Assembly (NCBI GenBank): GCA_051942245.1
Contig: JAVECL010000242.1
Location: 1 to 33,471 of the forward strand
Origin: Trypethelium eluteriae
Lineage: Eukaryota
Direction of reading: 5' to 3'
Length of the DNA stretch: 33,471 nucleotides
Part shown: positions 10,276-23,800 of the stretch, piece by piece
Layout of the letters: every line of letters begins with the position of its first letter
Position numbering within the stretch: the stretch's first letter is position 1
Made by a program: the position numbers and the translations under genes
The notes under the pieces: model-generated
Told to the model about the DNA's origin: nothing
Seen by the model: the letters and a program-made list of their open reading frames with translations, nothing else
Database searches by the model: none

Positions 10276-12083
10276 ATGCCTGACAATATTGAACTCGGAC
10301 GTCCGGGACCAAAGGCGGGACCTGCAGAAGTAGACACTATCGAAGATGCACCATCGCAGGCCCTACGCGATCCTCCTGAATTTATAGGAAAAGATAGGGC
10401 AGTAGAATTTCTTAAAGCTGTAGGGGGCCCAATTACAGTCACAGCCGAGGATAATAGGAGAATTCTCCGAAAGATAGACATCGTCATCCTTCCTATCATC
10501 CTTGGAATATACTTTCTCCAGAGTCTTGACAAGACCGCCCTTTCGTATGCATCCGTCTTTGGAATCATCAAAGATGCCCACTTGGTCGGTGATCAATATT
10601 CATGGCTCGGAGCTATTGTCTACCTCGCACAACTCGTCATGCAGCCAGCTGGCGCCTACTTCCTGGTCAAACTACCTGTCGGAAAGTTTACGGCCATTAC
10701 GGTGCTTTGTTGGGGCGCGATTCTCTGCATCATGGCCGCCACAAAGAACTTCGGTGGGTTGATGGCGACGCGATTCTTTCTTGGCGCTTTCGAAGCTTCA
10801 GTTGGTTAGTTCCGAGAAACCCCTTCTGCTTAATCGTATGTGCTGGAAGTGTTTAGCTCCTGCTTTCATTGCAATCGTGCAAATGTGGTACAGACGAAGT
10901 GAACAGACTAATCGGAACGCTGCATGGTACTCAATGCTGGGCGTGGTCAACATGCTCGGCAGCCTTCTAAGTTATGGACTGGCCCACATCCAATCGTCCG
11001 TGTTGCGGCCGTATCAGGTAAAAGCTTCGAGGGGGTGGCTCCTTAATTGATGGAAAAGACATCTTCTGACAACACTTCAAGATCATCTTTCTCTTCTGCG
11101 GCGCCCTGACCGTCGTCTTCTCCATTCTCATCTTGTATACCATTGTGCCCTCTTCAAATCCCGACCATAGCTAATCACACCCTCATAGTCTCATCCTCCC
11201 TGACTCTCCCATCGACGCCAAATTCCTTAAGACCGACCATGACAAACTCATCGCCATCGAACGCCTCCGCATGAACCAAATGGGTATCTCCTCCCGCGCC
11301 TGGAAATGGTCACACGTCCGCGAGGCCTTCCTCGACCCCAAAACCTACCTCTGGTTCAGCATGATCACAGCCATCGCCATCCCCAGCGGCGGAATTTCCA
11401 CGTTTGGCCCTCTAATCGTCGAATCCTTCGGCTTCGACTCCTTCACCACCATCCTTTTCAACATTCCCTTCGGCGCCGTCCAGTTCGTCGCCACCCTCGG
11501 CAGCGCCTACCTTGCTACTGTCTGGAAGGTCAAGTCTGTGTTGCTGATCATGCTGTGTCTGCCACCGATCGCCGGGTGCGTGATGCTGCTGGCGGTCGAG
11601 CATGATAAGGCACATCGGGGGGTCTTGCTCGCGGGCTATTACATCATTAGCGTGTACCCTGCGATTAGCCCGCTGATTTATAGCTGGAGTGCGCAGAATA
11701 CGGCCGGAGATACTAAGCGCAAGGTCACTACCGGCATTCTTTTCGTCGGGCAGTCTGTAGGTAATGTCGTCGGTCCGCATCTGTATCAGCCCTCCGAGGC
11801 GCCAAGATACACAAGGGGGCTGACCTCGAATTTGGCGCTTTTCGTCGTCCTAATTGCCCTGGTCTGCGTTGGCGTCTTCTCGGTCAGAATACTGAACTTG
11901 AGGCATGCGAGAAGGAGGGCACAAATGGGCAAGGCGGAGAAGGTACTGGATCTAAGTATGGAGGGACAGAAGGAGGTCAGGGATAAAGGCCAAGTCCTCA
12001 ACGAGAGCGAAGCATTTGTAGGCGATAAAGCGTTTGACGATATTACGGATTTGAAGAACGAGGACTTTATCTATATATATTAG
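10276..12083 (+). CDS. MFS transporter, anion:cation symporter / allantoate permease (Dal5-like) family, 4 exons (10276-10804, 10857-11017, 11082-11134, 11189-12083), ~545 aa
   Basis: Motifs RILRKID..ILP, LQSLDKTALSYASVFG, QYSWLG, RFFLGAFEA, MWYRRSEQ..R, LPDSP, NTAGDTK, EAPRY and the C-terminal AFDDITDLKNEDFIYIY. Three introns keep the frame. Confidence 0.93.
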
Positions 12084-12485
12084 CAAGTTAGAAGCGACTG
12101 AGACACTTGCTTTGCTTGAGGGTGCTTACTAAACTCTGAGTATTTTGACCTAATTTTCTTTATGAAACAGATTCATAATGAAGTCTCTCACGGTGGACAC
12201 GAGTGTCAAGGCATAATACTCCTCAAAATGAATTAGAGGCTAATCGTGGATTATCGTACATGGTTTAGTACCTCTTCAATGATTCGCTTAACGAAAGATT
12301 TTAGTTGATTAGTAAATTATGACAATATGAGTAGTCAACAGTCGTTGAGCTATCAAGACCCAGACAACTGATTTTGTTCAAAACGCGTCATCACACTAGA
12401 ATGATCTCTTCAGAAAGGATAACGTCGAGTTTGGTAATTCCACCACCAGGGACGGCATCCCAACATACTTCACCCTGCATGACGC

Positions 12486-12911
12486 CTAATCCCAGAGACC
12501 ATGAGTCTTATGTATTAAGCAAGCCGCTTTCGGAGGAATGACCATACCTGAACAACGGTATTCGCGGAGGAAACAAAATGCTTTTGTGTCCCCATTTCTC
12601 CCAGCACAGGGCCTCAGAACAACTGGCATATTGAAGCTCGCGAGGATAGAAATGCCATTGGTCTGGTGTAGGATTACTGGCACATCACCACACGGCTCTC
12701 TTTCATGAAGCAGAACCTCTGTATCGATGCAGATTGCCGAATTCTGGCCACAATCTGTGCTCGAGTCGAATTCGAGGTTGGATACTCCCTCCCTAAGCCT
12801 CGCATCGAGTTTCATAGCAAGGGCTGCATTTTTCTGGAACAAGCTTCCGAACGTCACTACTCGTAGATCATCTTCCCATGCCATTGGCTGACCCTGATGT
12901 ACTACCATCAT
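12486..12911 (-). pseudogene. Possible relic of a HET-protein C-terminal region
   Basis: ISILASFNMPVVLRP...FCFLREYRCSGM loosely resembles the 'ICIL.G..MPVVLRP...F...GECY..G.M' tail of HET-6-like proteins. There is no other support. Confidence 0.25.
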
Positions 12912-13283
12912 ATTCTAAAATAGCTAATCATGTTAGGCAGCATTCCAAGCATTCCGTAAATACGATCTCTTGCCTCTGTGACTTCACAAGTGTTAGCAAT
13001 TCTGGCTTTATTGGTTAGTTAACGAGGATGGACGTCTGCTGCTGAATAATCCGAATAATCGTGGATCTTTTCAGCAGGAAGCAAGCGTGCCAAAGTCGAT
13101 GGAGTTGATCTTGATGGGTATGGCAGAATGACTCTGATCGCAGGCTACAGGAAATATTAAGTTCTATTGTCTGAAACTGTACTGAAAGGATTAGATAGGG
13201 GCATGATGTCAGTCTGAAGGAAATTCTAGGCCATTAGATGCTGATAGAGCAAGCTCTCTCGCTATTGCGAAGGATTCTTCATT

Positions 13284-14150
13284 TCAATAGGTCTTGCTGT
13301 TATTCGGCATTCCGATCCAATCGTCCCAGCCTTCGATTTCCCAGCCTTCTATGTCGAAGAAGTTGAGAGGAGGATTTGGAAATAGTAGACATGATGCCAT
13401 CAACGTTCCAATTCGCCTTTTCGCTCTTCTTCGAAACTTTTGTGGAACTAGGAATTGGGACACGCTTCGAAGAAGTCTATCTCGAAGATTTACTCCACGA
13501 CTATCTTGTGAAAGCACGTCGCTCAAGTCACCGATCCTCACACCTTCTGGATTTTCTATTGTCTTGAAAGATCCATAGTATGGAAACACAACGCTCCGAA
13601 ACCAGGCGATCGAAACGGCCTTACATGGCGGCTGAGTGACGAACATTTTTCTCCAATTGGCTGAAGCAGAAGAATCGAAAAGCTTTAGCCGGTGCGGAAT
13701 CTCGATATCAGCGAAAGCCCCGTGGTGTGGTACAGGTGCATGATATGTTATTATTGACTTATACTGCTCTATAAAGACGGGATTAACTGTCACGGCGATT
13801 GGATGCTCTCTGAGCTGCCTTGTCAAGGCCGAGCCGCGAAATGTGCCAGGATTTGCCTGAATCCAGCTACTTCGCACCCAGCCACGAATTGGGGTTACCA
13901 AAGGATCCCGAGCATCGAGAGTGCCAGAAGTCATCCAGTCTTCGAATTTGCGCTCCACATGCAGGACGAAATCGGTGGATTCGGCGGCTGACCATAGCTT
14001 CCGTTGAAGCTGTTTCGATTGCGCAATGGCAGACATCCAGATTGACGAGATCCTCTGTGATCACAAGAGATCTCGCATTGGCAGAAAGGCCAGTACATGC
14101 TCAAGTATCTCGGGAATGAGTAGAGCTCGAGCCGTCGATGACTGATCCAT
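13284..14150 (-). pseudogene. F-box protein gene with an in-frame premature stop (TGA at 14063-14061)
   Basis: The frame from ATG 14150 reads MDQSSTARALLIPEILEHVLAFLPMRDLL*SQRISSIWMSAIAQSKQLQRKLW, an F-box pattern. It is continuous with the 250-aa ORF containing SANWRKMFVTQPP and IENPEGVRIGDL, typical of expanded fungal F-box families. Confidence 0.8.
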
Positions 14151-16404
14151 CTTGAGAACGGTAGAGCCGATTCTTCAATCTGCTGGCTATACGAGCTCAT
14201 TCTAAGCGGGCTTTGCGATTGTACAGGGTTCAGCAATACTGTGAGGACGATGAGAAGACGAGACCAAAGGTTGAAAAGACACGGCGGCTTGTTTCTCCAT
14301 ATTCTAGAGATCTAGCGACATCCTTGTTCACCCTCGGACCAAAATAATACCCAATGCGGAAACAATGAACACGACAAGGGAGGTATAGGTGAACACCGAA
14401 GATGCTTCCGACTTCTGAAGTTTTAGCCTAATAGAGTGACCTTCAGGTAATACGAATTCTTTCACAGGAAAGGTACGGATGTGGGTGAGATCTGTTCATT
14501 AGTCAATATCATGGTCGTAAACGTAGCGAAAGTCTTATGAAATCTTTATTACGGTTACGAGGTAAATTGACTGAGCAGGAGTCAAGTTAGGCAAATCAGT
14601 GACCTGGACAATGCAGAGAAATGGGATGTGTGCCGTGAGTACCGGTCGGGCAAAACCGCTAAAGCCCAGCTTAGGAAATAGGTCAATCGCTTTTAGTTGA
14701 AATTAAAGGCTTCAGACAAAGTATCTTGAAGGATATTGGCATAAGTGAGCTTTGTCCATACGCTGAATCTTCGATCTTTGGGAAGTGGCAGACAAGTCGC
14801 ACTTGCGCATCGTGGCCGCACAAGAGATCTATACAGTATCTCTTCAATCATCAGCCGTGAAAGACTTTCGCCGACAACTCAAAGTAACGGCTTCAACGCT
14901 GCCTGATGTCCCCAGGTTCCAACACCGATTCCCATCTTATCGAATGCGAAGGGCGCTTCTCGACGTTACGGACATCTGACAAGCGTTGTCAGCACACGGG
15001 ACCCTGCATGGACTGGAGAACCCGACAGACCGGAAGACTTCGTCATTATGGTAGCCTTTACGGAGTACATCGGTCATTCTTGTGGAAATTTTGTTCTATA
15101 TTCCGGCCAAAGACACCTGTGTAGCTGACTTGGCGTGTCTTATGATGTAATGTCATTCAAGGCTCCGTTCGTCTTCAATGCCCGAATACAAGATATTCAG
15201 GCAATCCAGTGCATACTGAGGTATTACTCGATTACACCACCCACGGCGTCCGTGGCTTTCAAGTTCTCTGTAGAGTGGACACCATTAGCACCTTCCTCAA
15301 TGGCTTCCACGCAAGTACCCATGGCCAGACACTTAACCCAATTCCCTTTTTGCACGGTGTTTTCCGTCTCATGAACCCGAGATGCGACCTTCTGACCTCA
15401 TCAACACCACATATAGCCAGATTATGAGAGATAGCCCTGTGTGGCAATGTTGCTGTTATATTTACGATCCGTATCTCCGTTTAACGCGGCTTGTCTCACA
15501 AAAGGAGCTCCGCTCGGGAGCGAAAACTTCAAATCTGACTGCGGGATACCCAAGTGACAGCGCGTCGAATGCATTCAGAAGTCCAAAAAGTGGAAATTCG
15601 TGAGTAGACCGGGAAGATGTAGAGGTTGTACATTGGCGTAGCGTCTGACCCAGGATACGACAACGGCCCACAACGGCAAAAATCTTCTTTACTTGGGATA
15701 GCACCAGGCGGTGAACATGGATATGTGAACCCTTTCCCCTGGTGCTTTATTGTTGAGTGCAACGCTCTCCAAGCCATCGCAGTTGACGGTGGTGGGGTTT
15801 CATTTGCAGAGATCCTCCTTAGGATCGCTTTCGGTTCAGCTCGTCATTCCCCTGCAGGCTGATGCATCGAAAACGTGCAGCAGCATCAGGGGTTTTCCGA
15901 TCTATTTCCCAAGCCGGACGACGGTTGCTAAGAATAACGGCGCATGCTTCCAGGCTTGGTTTTCGTGCGGCAGCGTTAGTGTATGATAAGGTGGCTTGAA
16001 TAAGATAAACGCCATAAAAGTGCGAATTAAAGGAGGCTCGAAGCTTATCGATCATCCTAGCGACAGCGAGCTAAGCTTAATTTTGCGGATGAGCGCGGGA
16101 CCGGGTAAAATTCCTTCCCATCTCCATCCTGTCAAGCAACACTCGTTCCTGGCTAACGGATGCTGATCCCAAACCATCGACGGCTTTTATTGATCCCTCC
16201 ATACTCGATCAGGCAGATGGCGTCCGTAGCCCGTGAAATGAAGCTGTCAGAACTTGAATTCGCCGGTCCTGAAGGCAAAAGGCCTCTTCTATTTAGAATG
16301 GCTGCCGGAAGCTTTTCGAGTATCGTGTTCTCCACTTCAATTCTTCGGTTCGGGTAGATTGTGGTCGATCCGATCTTCTCTCGTTGTCTATTCAGACTCT
16401 AAAC

Positions 16405-17433
16405 ATGCGTTCGTTCTACCTGTTACCCGCCCTGGCAGCGCTGGGTAGGGCCCACCCAAAGGCTGCAGCATCCTGCACCACTACCACCGTTGAAGTCATC
16501 GTACCCACCAGTACCTACACCTTCCTGAGCACTCATGTCGTGACAACCACTCCCACCACTGCCGAAAACTTGGGCACATTCACAGACCATACAACAATTA
16601 GCGACACGACTACGGTAGAGACCATAACCTCGACCAGTAGCGTCTGCCACTCTACGGACGCAGTACTGTGAGTCCCTGCGCTATTGTGTTCTCTCATGGG
16701 CTCTGTTTTATGATCCATGCTCACGATCTCCTTTAGTACCAAGCCCGATGTTAGCACCATCTACACATCTGCATCCGCAGCGCCCCGGAAACGCTCCTCA
16801 TTCGCCAAGAACGCCCTCTTCCCCCGTCAAAACTCCGCCTGCACCGTCACCACCACGTTCACCACCACATACGGCGTCACATACACCTATATTCCCGCAT
16901 CTAAGACCAGCACCTTCACGGACTACACCGACTTCACCCAAGCATCCACCACCATAACCGCCACCGGCGGCCACGCCTACGTCGTCGCCACCGCAACCGC
17001 GACCACCTCCGCAGCCTGCGGCGTCGCGACCAGCACCGACGCTGCCACAACCAGCACGACGACACAAGACGCCCGCTGCGCCCCGTCCGCCATGGTGAGC
17101 CAGCTCAGCGGCTTCGGCCTCAACTACCTCGAGGAGACGCCGGACACCGCAGGCGCCGTGTACGTGACGAGCGCCGAGGACGCGAGCTCCTGCTGCCAGC
17201 TCTGCGCCGACGCCGACGACTGCGCCAGCAGCGCCTGGGATATCCGCACCAACCAGTGTCGCCTGCAGTTTACGGTCGCGAATAATGGGCAGTTGGAGTG
17301 TGGGCAGGTCGGGTTGTATGGCGTGAGTGAGGATGGGCCGGATCATCCGATGGCGCCGGGCACGGGGTGGTATCTGGCGGCGGTGTGTGGGCAGGTGGAG
17401 GAGATTCCGGGGAAGCCGGATGATGGGTCTTAA
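16405..17433 (+). CDS. Secreted Thr-rich protein with a C-terminal Cys-rich (Apple/PAN-like) domain, 2 exons (16405-16667, 16737-17433), ~319 aa
   Basis: Signal peptide MRSFYLLPALAALGRA; intron gtgagt...ctcac...tttag keeps the frame; Thr-rich blocks; dibasic RKR; C-terminal SSCCQLCADADDCASSAW...CRL...C...C. Confidence 0.85.
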
Positions 17434-19130
17434 GTGGTGGTGGTAGTGGAGGCGAAGGGAGGTGGAGGGAGATATGTGGATGAGGAGCCATGCGAGAGGG
17501 TTCGAATTTCGCTTCTCTGTTATTGTTGGTCAAAGCAAAGCAACTTGGGCGTTAATAGACATGAATAATACTTTATGCACACAACTAGGGACGGCCGGAC
17601 AAAATCAGATCAATAAAAATTGAAAAATTGCTATACTCCCTCCACCATAGTAGTGTTAGCCATGCGAGAAAGTGTTCCCACGTTGGTATAGAAACAAATG
17701 GGTGAGGGTTGCCTGAACACTTTCTTCTTAGTACTGTACGTTGTCCGAATTACTGACCTACTGCGGCTTCTTTATGAGCTATGGGAGCCGATATATCCAG
17801 AGGCATGACGCCGAGACTTATACTTCTGAGTAAAGGAAAGAGTGCCATCCATGACTCGAGATGTCTTATGTATCCCAGAACCATACGTAGTAAGGTCCGC
17901 AGTGATCAAAAGATCTGAAAGGATCAGAGTCCTGCGCAGCAGAGCAAGTTCCATACCTGCTCCACTTGATATCAATCATACGCTGACAAGTTCATTATTG
18001 TCACGATATAGCGAAATGAACAAGGTGACAAGCTATTGCACCGGTGGAAGATGTCTTTAGTCGCCTCCGGTGAGAATGAGATTAGAGGAAGATGGTGGAG
18101 AGGGACACAATATTGGCAAGACTTGTGGGTCTGTCGACTAATCACTGGCGGCCAAGTTCCATCGTTGCTCTCACCGACTTATGCCATCATCCGCGACCTC
18201 GCCTTTTCGTATCTCAGCTCCTTTGTCTCGAGAATAGTGGAAGACATGGATGCTAATTCATGTCCTCGAATTGAGACAGGAATGAGGCAGCAGATCGCGT
18301 TGACCTTCCAGTTGCAACACGCCCGTACTGACAGCTCCACGTCAGCCGCCTGAGCGAAACAACGAACCGTCTCCATTGAGTCAACTTTTCTTACGAGTCC
18401 TCACTAGAACGACAAGCTAGTTCAACAAATAGAACAGATCGCAGCTCGCTTGCAAAGACCTTTCTAACGTGTGTAGACAGAATGTATACGGGCACGAACT
18501 CAACACCGCAGTTGCGATCTGCAGTAGATTGGTTTTACGCTAGCCTTTCTCTTCGCAACCGTCTTGTTTCTCATGTCCTATTGATTGTCTTTCTGTTGTT
18601 CTCGAACACCAGACTGAGTTATGACATGGGGGTCTCCCTTCTGACGTATGCGATATGCTCATACCTCCTCAAATTGTTGGCACAAATGGGAAGCGTAACT
18701 GGTAACCGAGTCCCGGACGAGGCATCCGTTTTACAATTGCCTCGATCTGAGGAGTAATGTGCACGGCATTCGTATCGCTGCTCGTGATCTAGCAAGTCAT
18801 GAGAGCCCGGATCAAGCCAAGAGGCCAATAGATGATTCGATCTTTCTCACATTTAATTTCTACTGGATTCACAATCTGGTCGATCCACAGGTCATTGTTT
18901 CCCTCAGATTCATAGACCACGCAGATCCGCGCCGAGAGAAGATACTTATAACGAAGTTCATGGCGACTAAAATGGCAGCTTCTACACTCCCATTGCATCC
19001 TTTTCTTAGACTGCCGGTTCAGTCAATACTATTCTAGCTCCTGGCTTTTCTACTCTTTTTCCCTTTCTTTCCACGTCATCTTGTCAACCAACCTACACCA
19101 AACCAGCTCTTCACACAGTCTCTAACTGTC

Positions 19131-19809
19131 ATGACCCCCAAAACTCTCTTTGCACTCTTTGCCATGGGCGCCATTGGTACCATTTCCGCCAATCCATTGG
19201 AGCCAATCTTCACAGATCCCGGTCCTGTCATCTATCCTGAGCATCATCGGCATCATGATAACGGGACAATGCACCACAACGGCACGCGTCATCACAATGC
19301 AACTCACACACATCGAATCTGTGATCAGCATGGGCCTTATCTAAAAGGAGTTCGCGACTGCGTACCACAATGGGAACCAACACAACCAATCACGTGGACG
19401 TCATTACCGGTCTCCTCTACATTGACGACGTCGGTAGCGGGGGCATCAAGGATCGTGAGAAGAGAAGAACCGTAAGTTGCGCTTTTACTCTCGCTTTTTA
19501 GTCGCTCCCGCACCTCGTCTTCGCGGCGCGGACCGATCGTGAGGAGAATTCAATGAGCTGATGAATGGAAATCGCCATAGGACTCCACCTCCAGCAGATC
19601 CGACTCAAAATGGACAGCAGTGGCAGAGGAGACAGGATGACCCTCAGCATCTACACCATCATTACCATCATCACCATCACCATCATCATCATAATCATAA
19701 TGCAACTGAGTGGGAGCGCTCTAGAGAGGAGGAGCAGAGGATCGCATCTGCAGGAAGTTCTCAGTTAGAGAGCGTAACGGCCGCACATCCTACAAGTACC
19801 AGCACTTGA
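19131..19809 (+). CDS. Secreted histidine-rich protein with dibasic (Kex2-like) sites, 2 exons (19131-19471, 19581-19809), ~189 aa
   Basis: Signal peptide MTPKTLFALFAMGAIGTISA|NP. Donor gtaagt at 19472, branch-like gctgat at ~19557 and acceptor catag at 19580 join two His-rich ORFs in frame. Confidence 0.65.
19647..19701 (+). repeat. Imperfect (CAT/CAC)n trinucleotide repeat encoding poly-His
   Basis: catctacaccatcattaccatcatcaccatcaccatcatcatcataatcataat. Confidence 0.85.
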
Positions 19810-20872
19810 GTCGCACCCGGTGGATCAAGATTGATACCTATAGCTACTCTTTAGATCGTGCTCAGATCCGGGACACATGGTGTTGTTGAGGGCAGCCGCT
19901 CTTTAGGTAATGAAATAGAAACCAATCGACCAAGGTTCATACTTCCCGGGTATGACTAACTCAGACAGTATCGTTGTTGCTCACATCGTCTTTGTATGCG
20001 ACAAGGTACTACTCCGCGACACTGCCGAATCCCGCAAAGGTGGTTGCATTCTTTCTTGCTTAACGACATCCCGCATTCTCACTGAATTGGAAAGCTGTCA
20101 CGTTTCCAGCTGTTTGTAGTGAATTACATGGTAGAAATGGGATGGATAATGTGTCTGTAAAGTCGGAATGCTAGCATATATGATTGGACCATGAGGAGTG
20201 ATGAAGGCGTTTCATCTGGGCCGAATCATGCTAATTTTCAATGAAGCCCCGCCAACTCTCATCGACTGCCATCTCTATTACATATCACGATGTTCAAGCT
20301 GCCTAATCGTACTAGTCGGTGCATCGCATACAAGTTGGTTCAAAGGCGACGGACGACTACAGGTGCTATAGAACATAGCCTTGAACTGCTGCCTAGACTC
20401 AGCCTTCATCTCACGTTACACAGGTTCGACGGCTGCGCTATCTAAGCAGCCTTTGGCTAGCAGACCAATGACGTGACACGCAACCGTTCGCCTATTCGGA
20501 ATGTTAAAACGCCCTCAGAATATCCAGTTCAGCCTCAGCCAAAGAGCATAAAATACGTTCCTGCCACTTCTTCAACCTTCTTGTGTAACCACCCACAACG
20601 CAGACTTAACTTCAGCCTCATGAAAATACTATATCCATCTCACCATTCTTCTCTTTTCTTTCACTTTCTAGATCATCTCCTTCATAGCCTTATGCTTTTT
20701 GATGTTACCTACGACTATTTCACAACTTGCTAAATTGTCCATGAGCTTGTTTTTCGTATCTTAGACTTCTACATCTACCCTCAGCCGCATCTTCCCTCCT
20801 CAGATGCCCCTTTGCCCCAAGACGGAGCGGAACCATCTGTTGTATCATCCCAACAAGACTGGTCAATATCAC

Positions 20873-23800
20873 ATGCCTGCCAGACGCTTTCTACCGATCG
20901 ACCACTACCAGGTGGGAGTAATCTGTGCCCTCCATCATGAGTTGGCAGCGGCAATGGCCATCCTAGATGAACGGCACCAGCAGTTAACAGGTCAAGACAA
21001 ACTCGACGAGAACAACTATGTACTGGGTCGAGTTTATGAACATAACGTGGTCATTGCCTGCTTACCAGCAGGTGTATACGGCACGAATTCTGCAGCGAGG
21101 GTGGCCAGAGATATGGTGAGAACTTTCACCGGACTGCGCTTCGGACTAATGATTGGCATTGGAGGTGGGATTCCAAATCTGCAGAGAGGTCTCGATATCC
21201 GCCTGGGAGATGTTGTGATCAGCCAGCCTGATCAAATTCATGGTGGGGTGGTTCAGTACGACATAGGGAAGAATCTGCGGGACGGCCACTTTGAACGCAA
21301 GAGTTGTTTGAAACTACCACCTACTGTGCTCCTAGCGGCCCTTGCCACTCTCCAAGCAAACCATGAACTCAAAGACAGCCAAGTCCCAAATATTATGAGC
21401 AACATATATCAACAACATCCAAGTTTAATAAAAAACGGGTATGGGTTTCCTAGGCGGGAAAATGATAACTTATACTGCTCGAGGTGTGGTGGCTCAAGCT
21501 CCAGCTCATGCGACATGTGCACGGATGGAAAGATTGAAAGACTGACGCGCGAGAGCCCATATCCTGCATTTTGGTACGGTGTCATCGCATCGGGAAATCA
21601 GTTGATCAAAAATGCCGCCGCGAGAGATAGGATTGGTCGCGAACTAGGAGCCTTTTGCGTAGAGATGGAGGCGGCAGGTCTGATGAATGACTTCCCTTGC
21701 ATCGTCATTCGAGGCATCTGTGATTATGCAGATTCTCACAAAAATGATGTATGGCAGAAGTATGCGGCTCTGACGGCAACAGCGTATGCCAAAGAACTTC
21801 TGGCGTGCATATCACCAGGGCAGATAAACCATGAGAAGCCCATTCAGGAAATTGTCTGTAAGTAAGACCTATTAGGCATTTGATGTTGTGTTATGCTCTT
21901 TCTAGCGGCACTGGACTCAAGTGACTCTTGATAGGTTTTCTAGACCAGCAATCCCGTCTAACGAAAGAGCATCTCGAGGAGACAAAGCGAGAGAATCAGA
22001 AACACGACCAACGTTATCAGAGCAGCAAAGATCGCGACTGTCATCAAGCGCTTAAGACGAGCAAATACGAGCAATTCAAGGATGTGAATCCTGACCGAGT
22101 GGAAGGCACTTGTCAATGGGTACTATCTCATCCTCGGTATCACCACTGGGCTGCAAAAGAATATGATGATTTGCTCTGGATTTCTGCAGACCCTGGTTGT
22201 GGCAAGTCGGTGCTTGCGAAATCGCTCGTTGACAATGAACTTCGGGCTACAGACAAGCATATTGTATGCTACTTCTTCTTCAAAGATAACGAGGAACAGG
22301 ACAGATTAGCCACGGCTCTGTGCGCCCTGCTCCATCAACTGATCTCCTACCGACCTCAGTTGACCAGATATATAATGCCGGCATGGGAGAGGAATGGCCA
22401 TAAAATCGTCGAAGAGACTCGAGAGCTATGGCGCACATTTCTTGCAGCTGCAAAGTCAGACATGGCTTTCGATGTGACATGCGTTCTAGATGCGCTAGAC
22501 GAATGTCGACCGACCGATCGGCAACTGCTGATTGATATGCTTGCTCAGTTTTATAAGCTGATATCTCCCTCTACCTCAACGATATGTAGAGGACGATTGA
22601 GGTTCCTCGTTACTAGTCGACCATACGATGATATCAGAACCGAGTTCCAGAAGACTCTGGATGACTTACCAATCATCCGACTACGAGGCGAAGAGGAGAA
22701 TGACAGAATCCATCAGGAGATCGACTTGGTGATTCAAAAGCGAGTGGAAGAACTTGCTAAGAATCTTAGGCTAGATAGTCAGACGAAGAATAAACTGTCA
22801 GACAAATTACTAGAGATGCAGCATCGTACGTACTTGTGGCTACACCTTGCTATCGAGGGCATCTACGAGACTTTTCGAGACAGTATACGACCCAAAGAAG
22901 CATCAGTCGAGCTACTGCCATCGACTGTGGACGATGCATACGAGAAGATTTTGACCCGAGTTTCCGAGAAGCAGAGAGTCAAGGTGAAGAAGATCCTCCA
23001 GATCATAGTCGGGGCACGCCGCCCTCTGACCATTCAAGAAATGGCTATAGCTCTAGGAATAGCTACGGTGACCAATCCGAAATCAATTCACGAGGTTCAA
23101 CTCCCCCCTGACCACCTTGAGAACAACATTCGTCATTGGTGCGGTCTCTTTATCTTTATTAATCATACTCGAATATACCTCATTCACCAGACAGCCAAGG
23201 AATTTCTGCTGTCTAATCGTGGCCCTGCTACTTTCCCATCTAGGTGGAAGCATTGTCTTGATCCGCGAGGAATAGAAAAAGAAATGGCTCGAATATGCGT
23301 TGATTTCCTATGCTTAAAGGATAGTTGGCCCGTTGCAGAGCTTCTAGTTCGAAAGTTTCAAAAAGGACTAAGAATGAAGGAGCTCTTAGACGAGAAAAAT
23401 GATGCCGAAAGCCTCCTGGCCTATACAGCGGAGAATTGGCCCTATCACTTCCGAGAAGCAGACATACCGACGGGTGAGCCTATCATAGCTCAGGTATCGA
23501 GACTTTACCAAACCGATAGTACCTTACATCGTCTATGGTTTGCCATATACTGGAGGGCGACCCATTTATACGAAGCCGAGCCACAAATGAATTCGACTCA
23601 TTTAGCAGCGGTCCTGGGACACAGTAAGATACTGGAGTGGATGCTACAGTCGGATCAGTATTGCGACATCAGGAAACCTGACGAAGCTGGTCGGCTAGCG
23701 TTAACGTGGGCAAGCAGATGCGGTCACGATAAGACAGTAGAGACGCTCCTCGACTGGGGAGCAGATGTTAATCTTCAAGGAGGAGACCATGGCAATGCCT

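Noticed and set aside
14785..16360. Many 60-80 aa ORFs on both strands
   Set aside because: No motifs and frequent stops. A decayed gene is possible but cannot be supported by eye.
16798..17346. 182-aa Gly-rich minus-strand ORF
   Set aside because: Antisense shadow of the C-rich, codon-biased secreted protein gene.
17772..19037. Short ORFs upstream of the His-rich gene
   Set aside because: No family features; consistent with random ORFs.
19472..19501. Alternative 30-nt intron ending at ttttag
   Set aside because: Too short, has no branch site and leads to an early stop. The 19580 acceptor fits better.
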